Part shown: one piece after another, positions 12,579 through 26,455 of the stretch
Position numbering within the stretch: the stretch's first letter is position 1
How the letters are laid out: each line of letters begins with the position of its first letter
Assembly (NCBI GenBank): GCA_051362555.1
Contig: CM120645.1
Span: 15,934,001-15,998,000 of the forward strand
Direction of reading: 5' to 3'
Length of the DNA stretch: 64,000 nucleotides
Source of the DNA: Lingula anatina
Taxonomy: Eukaryota; Animalia; Brachiopoda
Notes under the pieces: generated by a model
What the model saw: the letters and a program-made list of their open reading frames with translations, nothing else
Told to the model about the DNA's origin: nothing
Databases searched by the model: none
Program-made: the position numbers and the translations under genes

Positions 12579-14595
12579 CTATCACAATTTGCAGCATGTG
12601 GTTAATTTGAGAATGCCACACGTATTGAGAGATGGACACCCCAATAGCTTCCAGTTATGTTCAGAACAGGGCTAAATTAATCTGCCAACATTCCAAATTG
12701 TGTCACCCGATAACCAGACTGCCTTATTTAAGCATGGAAATTCTACAGCAAAATGGATGTCAACATGTCATTTGATCTTTTGGTGACATCAGTTCATAAC
12801 CCCAGTGTGATTAGGTGAAGAATGCAACTATAGAAGTAGCACAGTGTATTCTTAAACACTTAATCCGTACATGAACACTTATCTGTACTAGTGCTTGTGC
12901 ATGGTTCAGATCATAGTTATCTAAAAACAAGTAAAAATTTCAAAGTGTCTTCACATCCATTTAGATGATTTGATTTGCTATCATCATGCTACATCACAAA
13001 CACACACACACACACACTCGTACACACACACACACACAAACACACACACGCATGCTCATCTCAGACAAGCTTGTAAACAATTTATCACTTGCAGTACATC
13101 CATTTATCAAGTGCACCAATTAGATATATATTATTATACTGAAGCATCATCAATTTTACAGAAATGGCCATTTTCTTTAGCTGCCAGCTGGCATAGCAAA
13201 AACACAATATCAGACAAACAGAATTACACACATACTCGCACACAAATGCGTGCACACACACAGATGAACACAAACACCCTCTCTCTTCAAGAACAACTTT
13301 GACATGTCATTCCTTTCAGCTAAATGGTATAATACTAAGTGACAATGATGTGGACAAAGTTCACACAGTAATGACTAATGCTTTATACCCATATATATAT
13401 ATATAAATCACAATGTGAGGTTTAACATATTTCTGAAACAAAATTTCAGGATGCAATAACACGCAGACACCCAACCAAATGACCTTATTCAAGTTGTTTC
13501 ATTATCCCATGCAGAGAAAAATGTCTGGATGATAACTTTATAAGAAAACCAATTTTTTCTCAAGGTCTTTTTTTAAATTAAGGTATGTACCTATTAAAGG
13601 TGAATACAAAACTACAGGTCCATTCAAAACTAACAGGTAAATTTCATCCCATGACTTCAGTCACTAAATCCCGGAAGTTATACCTCATGTGTCAGCTTTT
13701 ATTGAACCATGCTAAAGGAAGCTTAAACAGTACAACTTTTCACATTGGTTTTGATCTATTTTATATCAATCTGTTTTCTTTACAAGGGTCATATTTCTTA
13801 GGTGGAATTTTAAAGGATCATGCTAGTACCTAAGCTTCAGTTAAGTTTTGCTACTGCATAGGGATGACTAAGTCACTTGAAATATGAGTGCTAGTATGCA
13901 AATAAATGAATTTATGCACAAATAAAATGTAGAATACCAGTATAACACTTGCACGTGTCCTTTTCAGGGCCACCAAATGCATCACTAATCTAACTATGTA
14001 AAAGTCAGGCTGCCAAACATATTTTGTAATATTTAGATTCTTATTTTTACATTTCTCAACTTTTTGTGGACTTCATTGTTTTAGTTACTAGTACAGTCAT
14101 TATACATATAAAACTCTAAAATATAAAAATCACATACAGTATATTCATTTTGTTTTTCTGACAAAGTCTTAAAAATTCAGTGAGTACTACGAGTATGAAA
14201 ATAAATACCAGAACAATATGGAACACTGTGTTTCTAAACTCCTTTATTCTGAACTTATTACTTGAATAAGCTGTAGTTTTTTTAAGCAATCTCACAGCTT
14301 TGTGGTTTGAATTTTTGGATTTGTATGGCCCAGGTGACTCTGGCCATATAGAACTTGTAAATAATATTCTTTTCCTTTCTTTTACCAAACCAATCAGAAT
14401 TGGCAAAGCTTTCAGAATTGACAGTTTTTTAAAGGGAATGAAATGATTAAAACTGCAACTGAATCTGTGTTTACTGATTATTATTTATTTTTCTAAATAT
14501 TTTTATGTTATATTATCTTATTATCAGCACTCTGCCTTGGCCCAAGTTGGTGTCCTCAAAGTTACAAGCATGCAATCACCAGCTAGTCACCAACG

Positions 14596-15295
14596 CTGGG
14601 AGTTCATATCAGTTCTAATTTGAAATGGGACTTACATATAGAAAAAATTCTCTCAAAAGCTGCATCCAGACTGTATTTCTTATGCATGGTCAAACACGCT
14701 GGGGTGCCGAGACATGACCTCTTACAAATTTATAAAAGCAATCTCAGACCAACATTTGAGTACGCTTGTCAGCTATGGCATGCTGGAATTACCGCACAGC
14801 AATCTAAAGCCTTAGAGAACATCCAAAAAAGGGCTCTTCATATTATATACCCTGAACTCACTTACAACGAAGCAATGGACATCACTGAATTACCTACCTT
14901 GAAATCTCGGCGTACTGACTTATGCAAAAAATTATTTAATGAGATAAAACTGTGTACACATAGATTGAACCATCTTTTACCTAACACTCGTGTCATAGAA
15001 AAGGACCTAAGGAATGTTTATAGATATGTTTTACCAAAATGTCGGACAAAAAGATATAGAAACACTTTTATCCCATACTGTTTATATACGTGTCAATGAT
15101 CTAGGTCTATCCATTAACTTTTAGCTTTTGAAAATAACAACGAATCACCATTTTTAACCTCATTATTGGTTTTATAACTTAGAATTTATCTTAAAGCTCT
15201 ATTTTAGTACTACATCTTTATACTTTTATACATATACATTCAATATATGTCTTATATATTGCAAAGAACACAATAAACCCCTTTATTATATTATT
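14596..15295 (+). mobile_element. 5'-truncated LINE (CR1/L2-group-like), C-terminal part of RT ORF plus 3' UTR
   Basis: LGVHISSNLKWDLHIEKILSKAASRLYFL...RPTFEYACQLWH...LENIQKRAL...LPTLKSRR is typical of the post-RT thumb region of CR1/L2-group elements. AATAAA then a (TAT/TTA) tail; possible AACG TSD. Antisense within the TBC1D30 intron. Confidence 0.85.
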
Positions 15296-15604
15296 AACGT
15301 GAAGGTTTACACAAGAAAAATTCACTGACCCATGATGACAAATTGCCCCTTACTGACACAACAAGGACAGTAAGTATCCTTTCTAAACCTTCTTTCATGT
15401 TTTCTTACATACGACTATCATTACTAGTTAACAGGCTGAGTAAATTGACCCTACGGAAACTTCCTCATGTTGTTATATTACAAAGACCACTTATGAGGAA
15501 ATTATATGCCAAGCTCATGCTTGCTTAACTCAAGGTATTTTTATTATTGGCAGAAAGAAATGATAGAAAATTGACTATTTCTTGTCAGTTCATCATTCAT
15601 TTGG

Positions 15605-16964
15605 CAGGGCTAGACACTAACTTTTACGAGCACCTGTCCTTCGGACAGGTGCTCATAAATTTGACCTGTCCGATTTTCAATCCAACCTGTCCACAAAACC
15701 AATAATTTTTTTCTATTCATACGTTTGAACTTTGTCAATTTATATGTGTGGTCATACATTTAAATTAATGTATATATTACCAAAACATTCAATCATATGA
15801 GCCCCGAAAATGCACCTTAAAGTGAATCTATGTTCAGATTAAAATTTGTTTTTTCATACTTGTGAACTCCTGAAGATTTAATCTTGCATTTAAGTCTGAT
15901 AATTCACATCAGGGCTTCTCCTAGGATTTGGGGTACAGGGTCTACTAATTGTAAGTCTGCAATTTGATAACAGATTCACATGAAGTTTAACCAAAGCTAA
16001 AAAAAAACCCTGAGTGGGAAGTGGGGAGGGGGTACAGTACTGTTAAATTAATTTTATTAAAATATTCAAAATTTATAATATTTGAATAAATTTCAATGAA
16101 AATTAAAGAAATTTTATAATACTTTACTTATATTTATGTTAACAATTTAACTTTTTAAGGGGTTATCACATGTTTGATTTTTTAAACATATATGAACTAA
16201 ATAAAATCAGTATAAAAAAGTTCCCCTTCTTTTTATTAAAATTCTCATATTTGTTATTACTAATTTCTTCCTTACATCAATATCACACTGGTATATGAGA
16301 GCAATGTTAATTTATCATATTCCAGCACTAAATTTTAAACTGTAAATAACAGAGGTGATGCTAGAGTCATTAAAAAAACATCATACATAATTTCAGGTAA
16401 TATTTTGGCAAATAAACAACATTTCAACAAGATCTTCAGTCCCAAAGATTTCACTTTCTATAGTGAGCAGATAGCATACAACGTGTTTGATTGACAGGCA
16501 GTTTGTTGCCGTGACAACGAACTAGATATAGCCAGTTCATCCAGTCCAATCTGGCTCCAGCACAGTACTTGTGTAGTTTCTGTTTTTGGAAGTGTCTTTA
16601 TTACTAAACCACGTAAATTTTTAACTAAATAAATGTTCAGTAGTGAACCTGATATGTAAATAAATTTTGTCTGCTGAAGTTCTGGAGGGTGTTCACTTTC
16701 ATAATTTGGCGGTAAGTTTGCTCAGACTTCGTTTTGCGACTGCATGTGTTTTGTGCCAAAAGTAGGTCACTCTTTTTCAATGTCCTCTAGGAAGAGGCAA
16801 AAAGACGTTAGTATGCAACAAAAAATGATTTTTAAAAGATTTTTGCTCCAAATTTCTCATAAAGCATGACCTGTCCGTCGGACAGCCAACCCTGCAACTT
16901 CACCTGTCCGAACTGAATTTTTACCTGTCCCGGACAGGCGGACAGGCGCTAATGTCGAGCCCTG
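15605..16964. mobile_element. Non-autonomous hAT-like transposon with 5-bp TSD (hAT5-like)
   Basis: TIR CAGGGCTAGACACTA / TAATGTCGAGCCCTG; clustered subterminal ACCTGTCC/GGACAGG motifs at both ends; TTTGG duplicated on both flanks. Confidence 0.85.
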
Positions 16965-18137
16965 TTTGGTAAAAAAATTAACAAATTATACATTTAAATA
17001 TATTAGGATGAACAAACAGAACCAATGGACATGAAAATCACATACACCTCTACTTTTAGCAGTGACAGAGAAAAAAGGCATGACGAAAAAAAAAACAATG
17101 TTGACTGTCATTCCTCCTAAATCTGAGTGTCATTCTTTGCAACTCGGTCATTTCTGTTGTCACGTTATTATTAAGGCAGCATCAACAGGGTAGTATGCTC
17201 ATGCAATCAGTTACTAGTAGTTTGATAGGTCCTTGAGAGATACAGAGACCATGTCTGGAAAGCATGTTATTGATTACACAAGACAATTTACAAAAATTGC
17301 TTCGCAGAAAGAGAAATGGTATGGCAGGGCATGGTTCAGTTTCCCTTTATAAAGGAGTTGTCTTGTCTAGGGCTTTTCAGACTGTGCATTACAGTGCGTG
17401 ATACATGTTGGAAGATAATTGTATCAGACAGTTACCTAAACTGAGCCCTCGCGCTCGACACAGCCAGTTAACTGGGTTAATTTTCATCCATCCACTTGAA
17501 CTTGTGAAAGGGAGCAAAGAAAAAGAAAAAGCGTGAATAAACAGACCATACAGTCAGTGTTTCCATACAGATACAATGTAAGTGTAACACATGGTGACCA
17601 TGCAAAAAGGGCCTTTAAAGGGACTGGGGTCTTTTTTCCCACTAATAAACATATTATGATTACAAAGAGGCAGTACATATATAATTACTTACAACTGGGT
17701 ATACATGGTTTTATAAATCCGACTTATCTTTGTGATATGACAGACTCAGGTCACTCTCAGAGCATCAGCCTTTATTTTATGATGTTTTCTGTAATTACAA
17801 TTTAAATGTGTGTATGCTCTTACTGCACTTACTGCACTTAAGCTGTAGATATTGAAGATATATTATGGCTTATTCTATACAAACAGAAATCCATGTGTAT
17901 TTGTACATTAAGTCCCTGATCAAATGTACCCAGCTGTCACTTGATACCCCAACACACAAACACACCTCAATAACAAAAACATTCACACATGACATGCCCA
18001 CAGGTGACATATATTTACATGTACTACAAGTGCTGAAGTACTGGCACTAGACCAGTATGTAATATCAGTGACTAAATTACCACAAAATATCTTTATATAA
18101 TGACCCATCGTCACCGCCACTACTAACTCAGCTGTAC

Positions 18138-18645
18138 CTTTATTTTGCAGGAACGCCTTGTTGAGCTTACTGGAGTGTCTCTGCTCCAGCTCCAATTGAT
18201 ACGACCCATAGCGTCCCGAGTGGAAAACCTCGGACGTGCTCGACGCCTCCGTGAAGGTGTCACTGTCAAAGCTATCACGATGAGTGACATGCCAGCGGTC
18301 GTAGATCTCAAACAACAAGTCATCTACGATGGACGCCTGCCTCATAAAACTGCACCGTTTTGAGAAAGAGATATCGTGGTCGTCCGGTGACTGAGAATCA
18401 GAAAATACTGATACATCGTTGCGGTGGGACATCTCAGAATCCGAGGTGTCACTTCGACCCAAAGCTGGGGGACGGATTTCCCCCCAGTGCAGCGTTTCGG
18501 GGGACCCATCGTGGAATTCTAGGGTCTTGAACCCATCTACATGGTTCTGATTATTATGTAAATTGTGTCCAAGGGACAAATCTATCTCTGATCCGTCATG
18601 TTCTGGAAATTTCTCGCTGCCCTGCTTTGAAATATGTGCCATCAT
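18138..18645 (-). CDS. TBC1D30: TBC1 domain family member 30, coding exon 1
   Basis: ATG at 18645. RQASIVDDLLFEIY...RDSFDSDTFTEASS...LELEQRHSSKLNKAFLQNK resembles the TBC1D30 N-terminus (RTASLVSGLLNELY..RDSLDSSTEASGS..LQELQER..YLRQK). Donor G|gtacag in phase 1; CpG-rich start region. Confidence 0.88.
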
Positions 18646-21174
18646 GCCATGTTGGCTTGTTTATGCTGACCTACCGTAGAGGGCAGGCCAGTCGCAGGAC
18701 AGGATGCATGCGACTTCTCGCACCCGGAAGGCTACTCGCGAGACGAGAACAAGTAGACGCTTCTAGGGCACGTTGATTTATTAATGGTTTTTATTATTTT
18801 CTAGTAAATTTTAGTGACACGATCAGCAGTACCACTTTTCGAAACTAGTTAACAGGGTTGAGCTTTGGTGGGAGAGTCGGCGCAATTTGGCAAAACAACA
18901 TAGAAAGGAGAGAGCAGGGGAGGAAACGTATGTTGTAAATATAAATGTAGGCCTATACAATGATTATTTGTGAAAAATCGGTTGTTCTTATTTATAAAAA
19001 CAAACTCACAATAAATAAATAAATAAGTAAAAGAAAAGAGAGACTCGTTTTGTCTTCTGACTAGTTTAGACACGTCAAAAACAACTAAGTAAATAAATAA
19101 ATAAATTAATATATTTAATTTGATAAAAGAAATACTATTGTTTTCACTATGAAACAATAATCTTCACAAAAATAACCATATTTTATTAAAAGAAATAGTT
19201 ATGGACAACAAGGCCTGTAACAACAGATTGATTTTATTTTTCAATAAGACAATCTTTCACTTGATACATGCTTGCACTGCTATCACTTTAATGCTGCAAG
19301 TTTATTATTTGTAACAATTAAATCCATAACATAAAGTGCAAATTGTCTTTCGTTAAATATAATATTAGTTTTAATAGCTACACTGGTAAATAAATTCTCC
19401 TTATTACTAGCAGAATCGTTAGGATCCCGTTAACATAATATTTCAAATCGTGATCACTATTCCACATTGTGCAACAAAGAAATGACGCAATTTAAAAATT
19501 GGGAACGTCGTCTTGCTACGTGACTATAGCAGTGTCAAAAATACTTGAAAATAGGCTATAATGCCAGTAACCGAATTTTGCCTTAAGATGTACGTAATCG
19601 CCTTTAAAAGAATGATCATCAAAAAAGAAATTAGAACAAAAAATTGACATTTTTCTATGAAGGAAACACATTTTATTGATAATTTTGACGTCAATTTTAA
19701 AATCTGCATAAAACTGAAAATTACGCTGCTTTCGCTTATCCTTTGTTAGCATCATCTATCTTGTTGAACTCTGGGCAAACTTTTGGATTTAAAATACCCA
19801 TCTTATTTGCAACCGTTGTGATTTTAACGTTACGGAACATTTTTGCGGAGATTTTTTGAACGCTCGAGTGCACATTGTAATGCAGTGTTTTTCATATGGA
19901 ATAGCTGTAATACTCTGATAGGCCTATATATTTCTATAGGATTTCAAATAACATAAATGCATAAATGAAAGCATCCATTTCACTATCATTATAACAACTT
20001 TTACACAATACACAAAGTTGCTGGCAATATTTTTTTCATTTAAATGCATAATATAAACTTAATAAGTTCAACATGTTGAGTGATGGCAGTGGGATCAAAA
20101 GCAGAATACGCCCTCTTATCTCTTTATTCGGGGCAAATTTGAGGGGGTATGGTGGGGAAAAAAATATACTCCCCCATCACTGTATTTTTATAGATTGTTC
20201 GTTTAGGGCTTCTGCCTTCGATATCATTGGCTGGTGAGTTCTTGAAAAACATGTGCGTTGCGCTCGCTGCCTATTGCAGTGTAAGTGTCCCTTTCCTGAG
20301 AGAGAGAGAGAGACAAAGGTAGAATAATCTATTTTTGAGGTATCAAAAATTATTGCTCAATCCGAATCTCTATCATTCAAAACAATTTTACACGTCTTTT
20401 ACCGACATCATTCTATATCAAGCATCAATTAAAGCAAATCCTTTTATTTTCACTGGGCTTTTTTTTTCTTTTGAGCAGTCTATCTTACACGCTCACCGCA
20501 AGTATAGGATAAATCGAAGAGAGGCAAATATGTCAAAGTGCTGATAAAGATACTTCATGGCTGAAATACTGAGTTTCCTTATTAAACACGCACGTACACG
20601 TACTTGTCCCCAGTAAAGGTCAATTTTGGCATCTCAAAATGGTTTGATAAAGAAAAAAATGTTATCTATAATGCATCAAACAAAATAATTTTAAGAAGAA
20701 AAAAATCTTAGCAACCTCAGATACACTGTGTATATTGACATGGAAATTATATTCGGCCAGTCCCTGGAGGTTTCGTATGTTAGATTCTAGGTACGGAATC
20801 AGCCGAAATGCCCCGAATGGTTGGCACGGTAAACAGGATGTAAGCCTTTTATGTCACTTAGATACTTTCATAACTGGTTATTGATATGATTCTCAAAGCT
20901 GAGTACAAAATTGGTTAAATATCTGTCTAAGACCGCACCCTATAAGCTTAACGAGTTAGAAGTTCGCCGTTATTGGGATATTCTCAAAAAAGCCTTATAC
21001 AATTACTGGGTTTTCATGATAGTGTGCTTTGAAAACAAAGTGTTTTTGAGAAGGTTTGTGAAATGCCAACTTCGATCAGTTCATTTTACTGAATAACCCT
21101 TTACTTTTTTGCGCTTCTTTTAGATCCTTCTTTTGTAATTTTCCACCTCTTTATCAATCCAAAATCATCATCAG

Positions 21175-21459
21175 TTATTTTTTCTTATGATCCTTGTTTG
21201 TTTCGTGCTGCAAGTCCTCCAAAGATATACTCCTAATGTCATTCATTTCGGCGCCTATGATCTTTTTCTTTTCTTCCGTGTCTGTCTTGGTCTTGCGGAG
21301 CAGTTTTGGTGACGTGAGTGCGATCGCAGCGGCACCTATCGGAGCGGTAACAAGTATCGAGAGCACGGCAATGGTGAGGATCTGTAGTCCCCAGAACTCC
21401 TTCATGTCACCATGGCCATGATCCCTGGCTGTGTCCAGGGCGATGGAACCAATGGCAGC
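21175..21459 (-). CDS. SLC9B2: SLC9B-like unit 2, terminal exon (exon 21)
   Basis: AAIGSIALDTAR...ILTIAVLSILVTAPIGAAAIALTSPKLL...KKK*; acceptor cag. Confidence 0.9.
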   Translation of the reverse strand, partial: AAIGSIALDTARDHGHGDMKEFWGLQILTIAVLSILVTAPIGAAAIALTSPKLLRKTKTDTEEKKKIIGAEMNDIRSISLEDLQHETNKDHKKK

Positions 21460-21768
21460 CTGAATAATCAATAAAATCAAGTAAAAATTAAGGCTATGCT
21501 TTTTATCCATGCGTATATAATTCCAATATACTTAACATTACTATATATTTTCTTCTGTCGTACCCAACTTTCAACTTGGTTATCATTTTGTAAAGAGGTA
21601 GGTGAATCACGTCAGTATGCATTAAAGTAACCAATTACTTAATTAGCGCACCATCTTTTACTAAATTTTACCAATACTAACAATTAATCATATCTTCGAT
21701 GTTAGATTTCTTTCTTATTCGAATTCAAATATAGCCGCATAAAGATAAAAGAAAGTTGGGTTGTATAC

Positions 21769-21905
21769 CTGCACTGTAGCCTTGGGCAGCCACGACAGAA
21801 CGAGGAACAGCCGCTCCTTCATATTCAGGGGCGACCTTATCATGGTTAAGAACGTCACCAAACTTCGCAGACAGAGACCCACGCCTAGGACGGCAAGACC
21901 CAGGC
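21769..21905 (-). CDS. SLC9B2: SLC9B-like unit 2, exon 20
   Basis: GLGLAVLGVGLCLRS...KERLFLVLSWLPKATVQ; 137 nt, GT-AG. Confidence 0.92.
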
Positions 21906-22304
21906 CTGAAAAAATATCAAGAAAATAAATAAACATGTCAAAAAGGCAATGTAATTGCTTTATGGCTTTTTAAAATCAACAGATTTTCTGACTTAAAAAT
22001 GGAAAATAAAAAGAAGAAAAGCGCTGAACAATTAATTATTATAAACACATATCGCCTAACTTTATTTTCCCCTCGAAAAACGAGAACTGAGTGACCATTT
22101 TATAGAAATGAAAAATAAAAAATACCTCCAAAATGAATTAACGAAAAAAGCGACTTTTACAAATAGCTCAAATTCACGTTTTCGACAGATTGAGGAATTC
22201 TGTTCGATGAAGCCTTCAAACATCGGCCAAACTCGCATCATTTCAGATTCCATTAACATGTGCCATTTGACTAATTAGCCGACCGAATGAATGAAATTAC
22301 TGAC

Positions 22305-22425
22305 CTGTGGTGCGCCCTAATGCGCTGCCCTCTATCGACTTAAAATCAACCTCGGCGCCAATTAGACCAAAGAGGAATGGTTGGAACAGCACCCAGAACT
22401 GAGCTATGATTTCTTTTATGCGCGT
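22305..22425 (-). CDS. SLC9B2: SLC9B-like unit 2, exon 19
   Basis: TRIKEIIAQFWVLFQPFLFGLIGAEVDF...; ccag / gtcagt; 121 nt. Confidence 0.85.
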
Positions 22426-23284
22426 CTGGAAATAAACAATCAAAATCAACCCCCTTTAAAAATTCTAAAGAAAAGAAGTATATTAAATTTTACATTGACA
22501 ACTCGAGTAATTGAGAAATAAACAAAGGAGACGAAATAAAAAAGAGAAAAAAGAAAGTTTTTTCAGCAAAATTCGGAAATATATGGTTTAAGATGTGTTA
22601 ACAAAGAATTACGTGTACTCTGCTCCTTCTTTAATGACTGAAAATTATAAAGGGTTGAGTTTATGTCAAATACGGAGATGTGAAACTATATACCAATAAC
22701 AAGTAAGATTAATAATTTTTTAACGTCTAAAGGGAATTGACCTCAAATATCTCTGCAATAACTGTAATTTTAAAAATAAAATAGAACAACTACAAAAACG
22801 ACATAAAAGTGTAAAATAAAATGAACAGAACACGTGAACTATAAAACAGAATGCTAAAATAAAGACAAAATAATCTTACCAAGTCTTCTTATTCTAAAAC
22901 ATCAAATCACATTAACGAGTAAAACAACTAATCACCAAAGCTTCAATCAAATGGAATGTTAAAATTTAAGAAAAATGCATTTTTGATTTGTGATTTGAAG
23001 CGGCATCGGATATGTAGCCCACATCTACTGCTGTACACCGGCACCGAATTGGGAGTCACCAAAATGAAACCAAATCAAAATTATACCAATGGTGTCTATT
23101 GCTGTGTGTAAAAACCTAAAGGGAATTGCAGCTTATGAAGCTGGCATGGGGAGGTAGTTGGATTTAGGCTGCCATGAGACAGACATTGTATTGTATTGTA
23201 TTGTATTGATGAAAAGCTGGAAAGGCCCCATGTACGGGATATATTGTTTTATAACTGCATAATGTCCCTGGCACAGCACAGAAC

Positions 23285-23952
23285 CACCCTGAGCTTCAGA
23301 GCTAACTTGACACTAACCTCTTCACTGTAGCCTATCTTCATCGTGTCAAGTAACCTCTGACCAGATTCGATTGCCTCCGCCGCCCGCCAATCAAATTTAA
23401 AAGCCCGCACTCAATGACTCATTAAACGATCTAGCCAATGAACGCGAACGAGTCAAAGCGCGCTTTGTTCAAATCCGGACCAATCAAAGATAAGGCTGAA
23501 TATCAGGGACTTGCCGTAACCTGTGGGCAGCACGCAAATAACACCGTCTCTCAGTAGATAATGATGCAGGGCCTCAAACTGCTAGACCCTATGGTTTCAA
23601 TTCCGATTTACTCATATTTTGCAAAGAATCAAGAGATAACTTAACACATTCTTTTTCGTAGTCACTCGCCTTGCTTTCTTTGTGTACGGTAATACACTCG
23701 GAACTACTCGGATGTCTCCGCACTCGACAATAACTATGTTGTTAGTATGGAGCTTGCGGAATCAGCCGAGGATTGCCGATTGACGGTCAACCAATCAGCG
23801 TCTTCACCAAACTTTGGTGAAAAATTTTGAAACATGGATTTGATTGGCTTATATAAACTAGGTCAAACTATTTTCGTCAGAGGTTACTTGACACGATGGA
23901 GATAGGCTACAGTGAAAAGGTTAGTGTCAAGTTAGCTCTGAAGCTCAGGGTG
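23285..23952. mobile_element. Non-autonomous DNA transposon, ~77-bp TIRs, 8-bp TSD (P- or hAT-like)
   Basis: CACCCTGAGCTTCAGAGCTAACTTGACACTAACC... is mirrored at the right end; CACAGAAC duplicated on both flanks. Confidence 0.9.
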
Positions 23953-25058
23953 CACAGAACAGGTAACACATTGGTACTTTCATTATGGGAAATGCTACCT
24001 GAACTAATATACTGCTTGTAATATGACGGGTCAGCTGTAGGGGTGGGGCTGATCATGATGTTTTATCTCTAAACAATTTGATTCCCGTATAAAGATTATA
24101 CGTCTCTTGATTATAGATACAAGATGCTTTTCGTGTAAGAGGCCATATGCTTTCATATTGTAAGCTAAGATTTGCTCCATTTCGTTGACCCTTAATTTCC
24201 AAGCCCTCCTTAGCGCCACAGGTTTTGTAAGTTGTCTGTCCTCGCCTTGACGTGTATTTTTTACGCAAACCACCTTTGGGACTTAAGCAACCTTTGGTAC
24301 TTTTTCACTTCACAGCAACAACAGCACACAAATGAAAAGCAAAATGACGGGCAACTTACGTCATAGAGGACCGTGTACTCATCAGTTTGAACAAAAATCG
24401 TGTTAGACCTAACTTCAAGGACCTACCCCGAGTTTCAGAGATGACACCCCACGGCAAAGGCACGCTGATGGTGGAAATTTATTTCCAGACATCTCTGAAA
24501 CTCATGGTGCCGAAACCAGACACTTGGCAGCAACCCCCATTGAAAACACCTCTGTACTTTTGTCCATCACTTATTATGCTGACCACTAACTTGGGTATTA
24601 CAGAGGAGTTACACATCGGGGGATTTCTATCAAGGGCTACAGGGGCTTGAAATAATTTTGTTCAAACCAATGAGTACCGGCCATACTCACCAGTACTGCA
24701 CCTCGCGCATGTAAACCAACGTCAAGCTTGAACAGATTATTCAGATGGTGAAGAGTTGCATACTAAATATGTTACCATAATTACAATTGGATGGTTAAAA
24801 GATAGTGACCATTTATAATGGATCGTTTTTTTACAAAAGCTTCAAACATACAGTAAAATTCATGGGAAACCGCATTGGTGTGTTCAAGCCACTTGAAATT
24901 GAAAGTTATAAGTTGGAATAAGCGAAATGATTGGATATTTCCAATGTTACAATTTTCCTAAGTATAAAATACGTACTACTGAGAAATAATTATATATCTT
25001 CTCGAGCATTATAATCCTTTTTGATCAATTTAATCGTCTCACTAGAGGAGATACGTAC

Positions 25059-25220
25059 AATATCGTTACACTCCTCCTTGCGCCATCTAACGGCAGCCGT
25101 GAACGCCGAGATAAGACAGCCTAGAGGCCCTGCCCCTGGAAACCCGGCAGCAACACTTCCAAACAACGCAAACAACCCGGCGCCAGATAGAAGAAACGTG
25201 CGGTACATCACCAGGTTTTT
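25059..25220 (-). CDS. SLC9B2: SLC9B-like unit 2, exon 18
   Basis: KNLVMYRTFLLSGAGLFALFGSVAAGFPGAGPLGCL...; 162 nt, GT-AG. Confidence 0.9.
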
Positions 25221-25639
25221 CTACCAAAATAATGAAATGAAAAAGATGGTAAAATCAAAACTTGTATCAGTAGCTTAGTGGTATAGAATGTGGAACTTTT
25301 AATTGCTTTGTATTACTGGTGCAAGAAGGATTTTTACGAAATCTGCCACGATCAAACGTACTTTGGCACGGCAAAATAAAATTCATATAATTATAATCTA
25401 GTTGCATATATATGCGGAATAATCAATGAGAGAATGTGAATCGAAGACTAAAATGTAATAAACTTTAAGGACAATCTCTCGGGTATCAAGAAGAATAACA
25501 TAAATCATTTTTGGCATTCCACTAACATCAGTTACCAAAAAACATGATAAATGTTATAGAGTAGACGACTGGCAACATGAAAAATGCAATGCAACTGAGC
25601 TGTCTGCAATGACATTAAACCAGAAACGATTTCTCTTAC

Positions 25640-25746
25640 GTGTTTCTTATGAGGAAAATACCAGCACACGATTCCCACTACGACACCATATACAACACCT
25701 ATCAGCACTTCCAAGGGACCCTGTAGAATCATCTGCACCAATTGTC
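25640..25746 (-). CDS. SLC9B2: SLC9B-like unit 2, exon 17
   Basis: QLVQMILQGPLEVLIGVVYGVVVGIVCWYFPHKKH; 107 nt. Confidence 0.9.
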
Positions 25747-26279
25747 CTATAGATACAAAAATAAAGCCAACTTTTAATGAATTCTTTGAAGCATAGCAAC
25801 TTGCTTGTAACCTCTTTTAGGAAATGCTTAATATCTGCATGTACTGCTTGTAATGAGGAATTTCTGATCACATTTGATATTTGACCACTTTTCTAAAGAA
25901 AGTTTCCCGTTTTAATGAAATTTGATATGGCATTATCAAGCATGCCATAACAGACATATGCGTTATCTGTACCCTCTACCAGGGCCGCAGTTATTATTCT
26001 GTGGACATTTTTGCTGACAGTACAGAGATAAGCCATCTATTAAACCAGAGACATATCTCTTAATATCTGGTGAAAAATTATTCTGTGGCCCTGGTAAAGG
26101 GTACGTTACATCTGGACCTACGTGTGGATGGTTCAGCGCATTTTTTGTCAAAATTAAGAACGTATGTTTACGCAAAACTCAACTCTGAGTTAGAGAAAGG
26201 TTTCAGCAATTAAAAAGTTCATCATAATCGAAAGCACAAACAGAGTAAGAAAACATAATTCAAAAATTCACATAATCAC

Positions 26280-26455
26280 CGTGTGAGAAGGCAATTCCAA
26301 GCAGAACGCCGAACAGACTAATGACAAAAACGTTCTCTATGCTTGCAGCGGCCACGGCGATGGTGGGGATTCCTTTATCAGTTCCAAGGCCTTGCTCCTG
26401 GAGGTGTAACATGCTAGGTACCACCACTGCCGGGGACACTGCTGACAGGACGAAC
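26280..26455 (-). CDS. SLC9B2: SLC9B-like unit 2, exon 16
   Basis: FVLSAVSPAVVVPSMLHLQEQGLGTDKGIPTIAVAAASIENVFVISLFG...; 176 nt. Confidence 0.92.

Noticed and set aside
817-14406. Numerous 60-110-aa ORFs in the TBC1D30 intron and other introns
   Set aside because: Low-complexity or microsatellite translations (YIYI, HTHT, KKKK, CVCV) or antisense shadows of real exons; no recognisable domains.
17983-18137. 3' part of ORF 17983-18645
   Set aside because: Lies past the splice donor at 18137; similarity to TBC1D30 stops there.
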